Assembly (NCBI GenBank): GCA_963734885.1 | Contig: CAVTIJ010000002.1 | Coordinates: 259,977-323,976, forward strand | Length of the DNA stretch: 64,000 bases | Reading direction: 5' to 3' | Source: an uncultured Bacteroidales bacterium | Lineage (GTDB): Bacteria > Bacteroidota > Bacteroidia > Bacteroidales > VadinHA17 | Translations under genes and position numbers: made by a program | Shown here: piece after piece, positions 29,399-38,795 of the stretch | Position numbering within the stretch: position 1 is the first letter of the stretch | How the letters are laid out: each line of letters starts with the position of its first letter | The notes under the pieces: generated by a model | The model's input: the letters and a program-made list of their open reading frames with translations, nothing else | What the model was told of the DNA's origin: nothing | Database searches by the model: none

Positions 29399-30163
29399 AT
29401 GAAAAGATGTATTTTTTTATCCGTATTGTTAATACTGATATTCACAGGTAGTTCTGCACTTATTGGACAGAACAAATCAACAGAACCTACGAACGAACAG
29501 AAGGAAGCCTGGAAGAAAGCACAGGAAGATCAACTTCACAACGATTGGGCTAATCTCGGAAGGTTCCGGGCTGATAATAAATCAGTTGCTATGCCTGCAA
29601 AAGGAGAAAAACGGGTTGTCTTTATGGGTAACTCAATAACCGAAGGATGGATCAGGTTAGATCCGGAATTTTTTAAAGGGAAACCTTATATTAATCGAGG
29701 TATTAGTGGCCAGACAACACCACAGATGCTGATAAGGTTTAAACCTGATGTAATAAACCTTAAACCGTCAGTAGTAGTAATCCTTGCCGGAATCAATGAT
29801 ATTGCGGGCAATACCGGCCCGAGCACTCTTGAAATGATTGAGGATAATCTCTCTTCGATGGCCGAAATTGCACAGGCTAATGGTGTTGCAGTTGTTCTTT
29901 CCTCAGTTCTTCCTGCTTACGATTTCCCATGGAGGCCGGGAATGGAACCTGCCGAGAAAGTTGTGCAGTTGAATGCCTGGATTAAAAAATACGCAATGAC
30001 GCATAAATGCATCTATCTCGATTATTTCACTTCGATGTCTGATACTAAGCATGCTCTGAAAAAAGAGTATACTGAGGATGGAGTACATCCTAACCTTGCA
30101 GGGTATAAAATTATGGATCCATTGGCTGAGGAAGCAATTCAAAAGGCAATAGAGCTGAAATAA
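29399..30163 (+). CDS. SGNH/GDSL-type hydrolase, exported
   Basis: 254 aa with a signal peptide. Block I FMGNSITEGW, block III GINDI, block V DGVHPN. Confidence 0.85.
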   Translation: MKRCIFLSVLLILIFTGSSALIGQNKSTEPTNEQKEAWKKAQEDQLHNDWANLGRFRADNKSVAMPAKGEKRVVFMGNSITEGWIRLDPEFFKGKPYINRGISGQTTPQMLIRFKPDVINLKPSVVVILAGINDIAGNTGPSTLEMIEDNLSSMAEIAQANGVAVVLSSVLPAYDFPWRPGMEPAEKVVQLNAWIKKYAMTHKCIYLDYFTSMSDTKHALKKEYTEDGVHPNLAGYKIMDPLAEEAIQKAIELK

Positions 30164-30167
30164 ATGG

Positions 30168-30206
30168 ATATATAAGTTACTTATATATATAAGCATCTTA
30201 TATATA
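30168..30206. repeat. two overlapping AT-rich palindromes (TATATAAG / CTTATATA)
   Basis: ATATATAAGT-T-ACTTATATAT (30168-30188) and TATATATAAG-CAT-CTTATATATA (30184-30206), each with perfect 10-bp arms. Confidence 0.85.
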
Positions 30207-30255
30207 CAATATCTTATATATTATTAATATATTATATACTAATTCTTTAATGATC

Positions 30256-30303
30256 AATACTTCTTTAATATAATACTTCTTTAATATAATACTTTTTGAA
30301 TAT
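30256..30303 (+). repeat. 16-bp tandem repeat, 3 copies
   Basis: AATACTTCTTTAATAT occurs twice perfectly, then AATACTTTTTGAATAT. CTTATATA also recurs at 30180, 30197 and 30213 (16-17-bp period). Confidence 0.85.
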
Positions 30304-30379
30304 CCAATTTTTAAAGCTTCTGACGCCAACGTCTTACTCTATCTTTCTGTCAACATTTTACCCGGTCTTTTAAAAAAAT

Positions 30380-32266
30380 ATGTCAATCAGAAAAAATAAA
30401 GCCCCACTCTTAAATCATTTGCTGATAATCGGCATTATTATAGCATCTATGTTCAATTGCCTTTCATGCAACGGTAATATGTCTCCTCTAAATGCACCGG
30501 CAACAACAAATCAATCAACCGGAATAGATAATAGTGATGACTCCCCTTCGCATGTCACCCTATTGTCCTTGCCAAAAAACCCGGCACCGGGCAATGCATT
30601 CCGGATACTGGCAGTAGGCAGCAAAAAAATACTGAAATCAAAGATCACCATCTCAGGTCCTTCCGGAAATATAGAATCAACTAAAAGCATCACGGGCCAA
30701 GAATCCCCATATTGGCTTATCGATGATTTCAACGGATTATCATCCGGGAAATACAAGGCCACTTTGATATCAGATAAAAAAGAGATCGGCAATCTTGATT
30801 TTATGATTTCATCTGATGAAGAATATATTCAGAAAGGGGCTGTGTGGAAAACTTTCCGGGGATGGGACAGCAGCATGGAAGATGTCTATTCTTCATGGAT
30901 CAATGCGTTATTTAAGGGTTGTAGCGAACAGGCTTCCTGGCCGGCACTGCATGAAGTGACTCGGAATAAAAGTCAGAATTTTCTATACAATTATCTCTCG
31001 CTTGGAGAAGACGACCCCGCAGGGAAAAATGTTCTCATTATGCAACCCGATTGCGCTGATAACCCTTTTTATCTCAGGGCCTATTTTGCCTGGAAACTGG
31101 GCCTGCCGTTCGGATATCATATTTGCGACAGGGGAACCCTCGAACGATGCCCCAGAACCGGCCAATGGATCACGAATGAGTCATTAAGTCCGAAAACCGA
31201 TCCTGTACAGGCTGTGAATTCCTTTCTCAGGATGGTAATGAATGGCGTCCAATCCGGAACAGCACGAACAGCGCTGGATGATGAAAGTTCAGATTATTAC
31301 CCGGTCAGTCTTAAACCGGAAGCTCTGCGTCCGGGTATAGTTTTTGCAGACCCATATGGACATACGCTGATCCTTGTTGGACATGTGCCTCAAACCGAAG
31401 GTCACCCGGGATTATTGCTATCAGTGGATGCCCAGCCCGATGGTACCGTAGGCATAAAACGTTTCTGGAAAGGAAATTTTTTATTTAATACCTCTGGAGT
31501 GATTGGAGAACCCGGGTTTAAAGCATTTCGCCCCATTTCTGTCAAAAAAGGCGTTTTATCTCTCTTCAAAAATAATGAGCTGACTGAGACAGCAGGATTC
31601 GTGCCATTTTCCATTCAGCAGAAAAAAATGAAACCGGATGAGTTCTATCGCATTATGGAAAAAGTAATAAACCCGAAACCTCTTGATCCTGATGCTGCTC
31701 TTCTTGATCTCATTCAAGCTCTCCATGAGCAACTTCTTGTCAGGATAACTTCAGTTGCAAATGGTGAGGCATATTTCAAATCACACCCGGGTTCAGTGAT
31801 TCCAATGCCATCAAACGCTGCAGGAATTTTTCTGGCAGGAGGCCAGTGGGAAGACTTCTCTACACCAAACCGCGATCTCAGGCTGTTAATCGCTATGGAT
31901 GCCGTGCTCGATTTTCCAGATGTTGTCGCCCGTACTCCGGAAGATTTTAATATCTCAGGACATTCATCCCCTGAACAGCTAAAGGCAAAGCTTCAATCAA
32001 TACTCGATAAAAAGGTTTCAGAACTTTCAATCAGTTACACACGTTCAGATGGATCTGAACAGAAACTTACTGTCGATGAGATCCTTAAAAGACGGGATGC
32101 CTTTGAGATGGCCTATAATCCAAACGATGGTATAGAAATCCGGTGGGGAGCGCCTGAGAATAGCGGCGAAAGATCAACCTGCCGTCGCCATGCTCCACCT
32201 ACCCAACTTGAAAAGATGAAATCGGTACGGAGCTGGTTTAATAAGAGGTTGCATCCGCCGACATGA
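30380..32266 (+). CDS. hypothetical lipoprotein, possible transglutaminase-like (papain-fold) core
   Basis: 628 aa. Signal/lipobox IIIASMFNCLSC. Motif PDCADNPFYLRAYFAWKLGLPFGY, later ADPYGHTLILVG and LLSVDAQPDG, suggests a Cys/His/Asp arrangement. Family not recognised. Confidence 0.35.
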   Translation: MSIRKNKAPLLNHLLIIGIIIASMFNCLSCNGNMSPLNAPATTNQSTGIDNSDDSPSHVTLLSLPKNPAPGNAFRILAVGSKKILKSKITISGPSGNIESTKSITGQESPYWLIDDFNGLSSGKYKATLISDKKEIGNLDFMISSDEEYIQKGAVWKTFRGWDSSMEDVYSSWINALFKGCSEQASWPALHEVTRNKSQNFLYNYLSLGEDDPAGKNVLIMQPDCADNPFYLRAYFAWKLGLPFGYHICDRGTLERCPRTGQWITNESLSPKTDPVQAVNSFLRMVMNGVQSGTARTALDDESSDYYPVSLKPEALRPGIVFADPYGHTLILVGHVPQTEGHPGLLLSVDAQPDGTVGIKRFWKGNFLFNTSGVIGEPGFKAFRPISVKKGVLSLFKNNELTETAGFVPFSIQQKKMKPDEFYRIMEKVINPKPLDPDAALLDLIQALHEQLLVRITSVANGEAYFKSHPGSVIPMPSNAAGIFLAGGQWEDFSTPNRDLRLLIAMDAVLDFPDVVARTPEDFNISGHSSPEQLKAKLQSILDKKVSELSISYTRSDGSEQKLTVDEILKRRDAFEMAYNPNDGIEIRWGAPENSGERSTCRRHAPPTQLEKMKSVRSWFNKRLHPPT

Positions 32267-32280
32267 CCTTTAAAGATTAT

Positions 32281-32378
32281 TTTACCACAAAGGAACACAA
32301 AGGACACACAAAGGAACACAAAGGAAAAATACAAGCTTAGGTCATAATCCTTCGTGACCCTTTTGTGTGTCCTTAGCG
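32281..32378. repeat. full-length CACAAAGG-type intergenic repeat (hairpin-forming)
   Basis: Four tandem units ACCACAAAGG AACACAAAGG ACACACAAAGG AACACAAAGG, then the partly complementary arm CCTTTTGTGTGTCCTT. It fills a convergent intergenic gap. Confidence 0.8.
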
Positions 32379-32394
32379 TACAGGAAGAAAGGGG

Positions 32395-33792
32395 TTACCC
32401 GTCTTTTGAATATCTTTTTTTCATCCAAAAATAAACAGGTATTCCTGAAAAAATAAGTATCAATCCTATTGCTGCCTCGCGTGGCCTGGTTATAATGGTA
32501 TTAAAGAATAATCCGATACAAAACAATATGAATATCGCAGGAACATAAGGATACCCCCACACTTTATATGGCCGGTGAGCATCGGGCATTCTTCGTCGTA
32601 AAATAAATACTCCCAGGGAGTTTGCTCCATAAAAAATAAATACCGAAAAAATAATCATGTCTGTCAGCTGATCAAACGTACCTGAAAGAACCAGCACGGA
32701 AGCCCATATCCCCTGCCATAATAACGAGTTTGACGGAACATTTGCGTTGTTGATCTTTGCGATCCCCTTGAAGAAAAGCTTATCACGAGCCATTGCATAA
32801 TATGGCCGTGCTCCGGTCAGTATGCTGGCATTGGTACACCCCAGGGTTGTTATAAGGATCAACAGCGAAATAAACATCACCCCTCCTCTGCCCCAGAATG
32901 ACCTGACCGCTTCAACAGCTGCAATCTGATTGCCAGATGCATTAATTTGCGAAAGCTGCGGAATTGATAAGAGGGTCAGGTATGTTATATTTACAATCAG
33001 ATAAATAAAAATCACAATAAACACACCGGCAACAATTCCTTTTGGGATGTTCTTTTTGGCATCTTTGATCTCCCCTCCGATAAATCCCACGGAGGCCCAA
33101 CCCTGGTAAGCCCAGAAAGCAGCCAGCATCGCCGTATAAAATGCAGATATTGTTACAGTTCCGCCCGTAAGTTCTTTCAAATTTATAAAATTTGCCGGTC
33201 TGGCAGCAGCGTTGTTCAGACCAAAAATCACAATAGTAAACAGGCCAATGAATACCATAAAGAGAATTGCCCTGCTTACACCTGCTCCGCTTTTCAGTCC
33301 GGAAATATTCAAACCGGTTAATATCAGTATAAGTAATATTGCCGTCAGCTTAACTCCAAAATCCTGAAACGGAAAGAATACTCCTGCAACAGAAAAATGC
33401 TGAAGGGAGCTGAAAACTGAAGGGATTGTAATTATACTGTTTAGCGATTGGGCAAAAACATAAGCCAGTGAGGAGATAGTCGCAGTCTGAATAACTGTAA
33501 AGATCGACCATCCATACATAAAAGCAAAAAAACGATTGTAGATTTTTTTGAAATAAATATAATCGCCTCCGGTATCAGCCAGTAATCCGGCTACTTCTGC
33601 ATTGCTCAATGCTCCGAAAAGTGTAATAATTCCACCAACGATCCAGGCGACAAGTATCCATACCGATGAATGCAGTTCAGCAGCCATCGGAGCGATTTTC
33701 TTATATACTCCTGATCCGATAATATTTGCCACAACAAAAATAACCACATACCACAAACCCAGGGTCCTGACCAGATTCTTTTGATTATTCAT
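32395..33792 (-). CDS. APC-family amino acid permease
   Basis: 465 aa with about 12 hydrophobic segments. N-terminal pattern IIGSGVYK is typical of amino acid/polyamine/organocation transporters. Confidence 0.8.
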   Translation of the reverse strand: MNNQKNLVRTLGLWYVVIFVVANIIGSGVYKKIAPMAAELHSSVWILVAWIVGGIITLFGALSNAEVAGLLADTGGDYIYFKKIYNRFFAFMYGWSIFTVIQTATISSLAYVFAQSLNSIITIPSVFSSLQHFSVAGVFFPFQDFGVKLTAILLILILTGLNISGLKSGAGVSRAILFMVFIGLFTIVIFGLNNAAARPANFINLKELTGGTVTISAFYTAMLAAFWAYQGWASVGFIGGEIKDAKKNIPKGIVAGVFIVIFIYLIVNITYLTLLSIPQLSQINASGNQIAAVEAVRSFWGRGGVMFISLLILITTLGCTNASILTGARPYYAMARDKLFFKGIAKINNANVPSNSLLWQGIWASVLVLSGTFDQLTDMIIFSVFIFYGANSLGVFILRRRMPDAHRPYKVWGYPYVPAIFILFCIGLFFNTIITRPREAAIGLILIFSGIPVYFWMKKRYSKDG

Positions 33793-33887
33793 TGCAGACT
33801 TTTAAAAACTGATGAACACAATATTATAATTTAATCAACAATCATGCAAATAGCTTTTAAAGCTAAATTGTTCAGAGTAGAGCAGTA

Positions 33888-34631
33888 TCAACTTTGAATC
33901 GTGAAAGGAAGCTTCCTGTTTTTAATCAGAAGACCCATATTCCGATGAAATTCCTTTATAAATTTTTTATGGAAATATGGATAAAATAATTTATCGCGGA
34001 TATTCGAATTACTTTTAAAATAACTTCGATGCACAATTCTTGTCTTTCCCGATCCATTCTCGAAGAACTGTATGCTCTGCTTGCCAAGAGATTTATTATC
34101 ATCTATATAGCTAAATTCCATCACCCTTTGAACAGGGTCAATATCAATGATTTCAAAAGCAACCTCTACATTGAACAGGCCTTTAATCAGTTTTAAATTA
34201 AGAAAATACACATCACCGGTATCAATTTCGTGGAAGGATGAATTAATAATGTTTATTACTGAATTGGTGCACTTTGATAACAATAAGCCAAATCTCACAG
34301 ATTTCCCATTCCACATTTTAAGAGCGTTGGCATGTCTGTAGAAGTCCCATGAATCGTTAAGGCCATAGTTCAAGAGAAATGTCTTTTCTATAATATTGAA
34401 ATCCGATTTATCTATCCCTTTTTTCCAGCTTGCATGAATCAGAGAAAAGTTATCCATCTTGTCAATTGATCTGGATACTATGTAATTACGGATTTTTCTT
34501 TGCGGAATCTCAGCAACATTAATTCTATTAACACCCTGAGGAACAGCTGGCTGAACGGAGTAGCCAAAAACTGCAATAAGGATAATCAATTTTATGTTAA
34601 ACCGGCATTTATGCATAATCCTGGAAATCAT
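33888..34631 (-). CDS. hypothetical protein (AT-rich gene, signal-like N-terminus)
   Basis: 247-aa ORF, noticeably more AT-rich than its neighbours. No motif recognised. Confidence 0.45.
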   Translation of the reverse strand: MISRIMHKCRFNIKLIILIAVFGYSVQPAVPQGVNRINVAEIPQRKIRNYIVSRSIDKMDNFSLIHASWKKGIDKSDFNIIEKTFLLNYGLNDSWDFYRHANALKMWNGKSVRFGLLLSKCTNSVINIINSSFHEIDTGDVYFLNLKLIKGLFNVEVAFEIIDIDPVQRVMEFSYIDDNKSLGKQSIQFFENGSGKTRIVHRSYFKSNSNIRDKLFYPYFHKKFIKEFHRNMGLLIKNRKLPFTIQS

Positions 34632-34887
34632 ACCTTTTTTAACTACCGGAAGTTACTATTTGCGGTGAGATAACCAGAGCAATTTTAAAAGTATTTTAAG
34701 AATATAAAGGCATGGCACCAGACATTAAAACAAAAATTCAAGCATTCAAATGACATCTGAAAAGGAAGTCCCTTGCATTCTGGTTAATACAAGGGACTTG
34801 GGTGGCGGGATTTTCATGAAGATTTACAAATACACAACAAAACATTCATTCCTTTTGTTTTATGCATGCAATCAAATGGAAACATGA

Positions 34888-35292
34888 ATGAATGATTTTT
34901 TATGTCCGGAATGCAACGAATATCTCCGAGTAGGCGAGAACGTTATATTTAAAGTAAAGAACAACAGGAAACAGTCTTGTTTGATGTTGTTAAGTCCTCA
35001 AATAGGTAACTATTCGAGTCTGGTACATCCTTCATTTGAAATCATGACAGGTGAGTTGCTGGAATTTTATTGTCCATTGTGCAACGCTTCACTTGTATCT
35101 GATATTGATAAAAATCTCGTTCATGTAATTCTTCAGGATGCCAAAGGTCAGTTTCACAATGTCTATTTTTCACGTATTGTCGGTGAACACAGCACATTTG
35201 AAACGAATGGAGATTCGTTACACATTGAAGGTGAGGATGCCGGAAGATATACATATTTCAAAATAGGTGAGAAATTCAGGAAGTATTTTTGA
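34888..35292 (+). CDS. hypothetical zinc-ribbon protein
   Basis: 134 aa. Two CxxC pairs (CPECNEY at residues 6-9, CPLCNAS at residues 62-65). Confidence 0.5.
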   Translation: MNDFLCPECNEYLRVGENVIFKVKNNRKQSCLMLLSPQIGNYSSLVHPSFEIMTGELLEFYCPLCNASLVSDIDKNLVHVILQDAKGQFHNVYFSRIVGEHSTFETNGDSLHIEGEDAGRYTYFKIGEKFRKYF

Positions 35293-35351
35293 TAATGAAA
35301 TATTAAGAGGTAATTTTGCGGATTACAAATTACTTACTTAAATATTCAATT

Positions 35352-35846
35352 ATGAAAAAGCAAACAATTTTTACATCTATTTTACTTCTGCTCTTGGTTT
35401 CTGTATTTAACGCTTCTGCACAAAAAGCAGATATAACCGGGGAATGGAAAATAAACAGGGAGAAGAGTGTTATTACAGATAACCAGTTATTGCTTTCTAA
35501 AATAACATTTCAATTTAAATCTGATAGTTTGTTTACAACACGTGTATACGAGAGTGGTGATGGTCAGGAATATCCTTTTGACGAAAAAATATCATTAGAT
35601 GGTAAGGAAAACAAATTAGTAGTTTATGACATGCCAAGAACATCAACAGCTTCACATTCTGATGCTGATGGTTCATATATGATAGCATCCACAACAACAT
35701 TCAATGGAAATAACGGAATGGAGGATATGGTTGCCAAGGAAACATGGAAATTAGATACCGAAGGAAAATTACTGACTCTTGAATTCACAAACAAGATGTC
35801 AGGCAACGAAACAACCGGCACATATTTTTACGAGAAGGCAAAATAA
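35352..35846 (+). CDS. hypothetical exported protein
   Basis: The ORF is called from TTG at 35316. ATG at 35352 gives the signal peptide MKKQTIFTSILLLLLVSVFNASAQ. The sequence is beta-rich. No family recognised. Confidence 0.5.
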   Translation: MKKQTIFTSILLLLLVSVFNASAQKADITGEWKINREKSVITDNQLLLSKITFQFKSDSLFTTRVYESGDGQEYPFDEKISLDGKENKLVVYDMPRTSTASHSDADGSYMIASTTTFNGNNGMEDMVAKETWKLDTEGKLLTLEFTNKMSGNETTGTYFYEKAK

Positions 35847-35869
35847 TCGAAAGATCAATTTTTGCTTCG

Positions 35870-35940
35870 GAAACCAGTCGGTTAAGTCAGAACCTTCGTC
35901 AGATAACGATGGACAAACTATGCCGACTGGTTTTCTTTTT
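35870..35940. terminator. long-loop inverted repeat / putative terminator between convergent genes
   Basis: GAAACCAGTCGG (35870-35881) pairs with CCGACTGGTTTTC (35923-35935), followed by TTTTT. The 41-nt loop is atypically long. Confidence 0.35.
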
Positions 35941-35950
35941 AAGCTCCTTG

Positions 35951-38734
35951 TTAGTTTATTTTCAGATTTTGAATTTTGACGTTCCAACCCGATATTCTGA
36001 TACTCGTGCCTTTTGTATCTAACTTCGCTTTAGGGCAAGTGACCGTAATTACAGACGTTTCAGACGGTGCCAGCGATATGTAATTTGCTGTCCAGTAGCT
36101 TGGTAGAACCTCCTCATTTCCGTTCAGAAGTTGTGGCCTTATAAAAAATGCCAGCTTATCAGTTTTATTCTTGATCTGAATAGTCCAGCTAGTTTCATAT
36201 TTGTTGTTAATTGTAGATAGTATTTTGGTATCCACACTGGTTGACTGCATATCATTTAAAGATTTGTAATCCCCTTTGGACAACCAATATGCATTATGAG
36301 ATACAACTTTACCCGCACTGTTTTTGAGATTCAAAACCACGAAATTCACACCGCTTGCAGTTGATAATACAGAAGCTAATGAATTGGTCTCTTTTACATC
36401 AGTTTCAGCGAGATCTAATTTCTTTTCTTCATGGAATAACAACTTGGAATCTATTCCAAAAATATCGGCAGTTGCAGTCAATCCTTCAGATTTTTTATAT
36501 GTCCGGTTAATAGCTGATACCTTAAGGTCAATCGGATTTAATTGTATATGAACTGGTTCACAGGCATTTTGCATGGTATAATAACCTGCATTTGGCATCA
36601 AAAACCAATCGTAAACCTGCCATATAACACTCGGGAATGCCGCGTTAATCTTCCATAACATTACGCCACCAATATCATTCAGTCTGGAACCTGCTGCTTC
36701 AAAAATACCCTGATAACCTATAGTGTTCATTAATTGCATCTTATTGCAGAAATCCTCCATATTCGCAGGCTCGCCGTATCTATTTACCATCTCTTTGTAA
36801 TAAAGATCGTACCTGCCGCCTCCTGTAGCAGCATCGTGATATCCCCACGTATTATTAAGAGGAAATGGCAGGTTTTTGTCCCAGACAAGATCAGGGATTA
36901 TTTTCGACATGATATTATAAGGTGGCTGTGAAGGAATACCTGTTTCATCTTTGAACACCCAATCACCTCCTGCATTAGCCTTGGTAAAGTATACTTTTGG
37001 ATCCTGCCACTGGTACGGACCGCCGCTATAAACGCCAGAAGGCAGATTATCAGGCCATGCCCCATTCCAACCTGCGGGAAGCTTAGCAAAACCCGAAGAA
37101 CTTGGGATAAATGGTCTGGTTCCATCAAGTGTAATGATATTCTCTCTCATAAAATCATAAAGCTCCCTGCGAGCATGTCCTTCATTTCCGCCTGTCCAGA
37201 CCAGAAGACTGGGGTGATTTCTGATCCGGAGGATTGTGCTTAAAACATTTTTATTGAAAACACTGGCTTCAAGCGGCCAGTCAGGGGAACCTTTAAATTC
37301 ACCCTGGGTATCGCCTGTAATCCAGAAATCTGACCACACCAATAACCCATACCGGTCGGCTGCCTCAAAAAACTCATCACAAGGTGTTACTCCTCCACCC
37401 CATATCCTGACAAGATTCATATTTGAATTCCTGCACAGATGCAGTTCATAATCGTATCTTAAAGAATCGCGGTTCAGCATCATATCAGGAACCCAGGCTC
37501 CTCCTGTCAAATGAACACGTCTTCCGTTTACATAAAAATCGCGCCTGTACGATCCCTTAACATCTAAGGCTTTTGTGCTTACAGTGCGGATGCCAAAAAC
37601 AAAAGATGTATCATCTGATACTCCTTCATTGCCAGCATACTGGATTCTTATCCTGTAAAGGTTTGGTTTGCCATACCCATTTGGCCACCATATCATGGGA
37701 TTGCTGATATTCAATTCTTTAGTGTTATCACCATTCAGTTCAACAAGAACTGATTCGTTTTTGGTAACGGGCACATCTTTTGAGAACTGAATGATATTCC
37801 CCTTGAAATTTTCAGGTAAAATGGATACGGTTAACTTACCTTTTTCTTCGTTCTTCAAACGATTCTTTAATTTCAAACTTAAGGAGATTGAAGCGGATGT
37901 CGTGTCAGGGAGTCTTGGCAATGCTGTAACTAATTTCGGATCAGTGATAGTTACACCTCCGGAGGTTCGCAAATAAACCGGGAGCCAGATGCCCATATTA
38001 CGGTCTCTGACAGGAGGTATCCAATCCCAGCCGACAGAGCAAAGCATCGTAACATTCTTTCCAATATCGCCTGTGGGACCTCCGTTTTCAAAAAAATCGC
38101 CAAGCGCTTTCAGTTGTTCCGTTGCAGGTGACCCAGGAAAATCAAGAGGATAGATTTTTACGGCCACTACATTTTCTCCGCCTGGGATAACCTGTTTACT
38201 GATATCAAGACTATATTCTGCAAACATACCTGCCATCTGGGTGGAGTCGGTTATCTGATTGCCGTTTACCCATACTGCTGCACGATAATTGATTCCCTTG
38301 AATATCAGTTGAAAGCACCTTCCTTTATCATTTTCAGGTACACTAAAAGTCGCTCTGTACCAGTAAGGTTTCTTCCATGGATTTGGATCATTGGGAAGGA
38401 AACTATATTGTTCAAGATTATATTTCTTGTTAAATTCATCAGAAGCATCAGGAATCAGCATGTTATTTAATCCTGAGTAAGGATCAGCATAAATTTTGTT
38501 TGCTACAAGTCCCGTCAGAACTGTGGATGGAACATCTACCGGAAACCAATATACTTTTGATTTATAAGCTGAGGTTGAAATCTCAGCTCCCGGAGAACTG
38601 ATTAATGAGGATGATTGCAATTCAAATTTTGTGAGCTTTTTCTGTTTTACTGTGCCTGGCTGAGAATTTACGGGTAAAGAAAAAGCGAGTAAACACAATA
38701 ATAAAAGCAGAATGTACTGATCATGTCTTTTCAT
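35951..38734 (-). CDS. glycoside hydrolase family 2 (beta-mannosidase / exo-beta-D-glucosaminidase-like), exported
   Basis: 927 aa with a signal peptide. NMNLVRIWGGGVTPCDEFFEAADRYGLLVWSDF and VWTGGNEG are typical of the GH2 mannosidase/CsxA clade. Confidence 0.8.
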   Translation of the reverse strand: MKRHDQYILLLLLCLLAFSLPVNSQPGTVKQKKLTKFELQSSSLISSPGAEISTSAYKSKVYWFPVDVPSTVLTGLVANKIYADPYSGLNNMLIPDASDEFNKKYNLEQYSFLPNDPNPWKKPYWYRATFSVPENDKGRCFQLIFKGINYRAAVWVNGNQITDSTQMAGMFAEYSLDISKQVIPGGENVVAVKIYPLDFPGSPATEQLKALGDFFENGGPTGDIGKNVTMLCSVGWDWIPPVRDRNMGIWLPVYLRTSGGVTITDPKLVTALPRLPDTTSASISLSLKLKNRLKNEEKGKLTVSILPENFKGNIIQFSKDVPVTKNESVLVELNGDNTKELNISNPMIWWPNGYGKPNLYRIRIQYAGNEGVSDDTSFVFGIRTVSTKALDVKGSYRRDFYVNGRRVHLTGGAWVPDMMLNRDSLRYDYELHLCRNSNMNLVRIWGGGVTPCDEFFEAADRYGLLVWSDFWITGDTQGEFKGSPDWPLEASVFNKNVLSTILRIRNHPSLLVWTGGNEGHARRELYDFMRENIITLDGTRPFIPSSSGFAKLPAGWNGAWPDNLPSGVYSGGPYQWQDPKVYFTKANAGGDWVFKDETGIPSQPPYNIMSKIIPDLVWDKNLPFPLNNTWGYHDAATGGGRYDLYYKEMVNRYGEPANMEDFCNKMQLMNTIGYQGIFEAAGSRLNDIGGVMLWKINAAFPSVIWQVYDWFLMPNAGYYTMQNACEPVHIQLNPIDLKVSAINRTYKKSEGLTATADIFGIDSKLLFHEEKKLDLAETDVKETNSLASVLSTASGVNFVVLNLKNSAGKVVSHNAYWLSKGDYKSLNDMQSTSVDTKILSTINNKYETSWTIQIKNKTDKLAFFIRPQLLNGNEEVLPSYWTANYISLAPSETSVITVTCPKAKLDTKGTSIRISGWNVKIQNLKIN

Positions 38735-38795
38735 GAGCGGAATATTAAAAATTAGTTAATGCAGTTTAAAACTATTACTAAACAAGTAAATAAAG

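Noticed and set aside
30168-30303. Whether the tandem 16-mers or the CACAAAGG unit arrays (also 32281-32335) could be a CRISPR array.
   Set aside because: The units are 8-17 bp with no unique spacers between them, the arrays are under 150 bp, and no cas genes are present.
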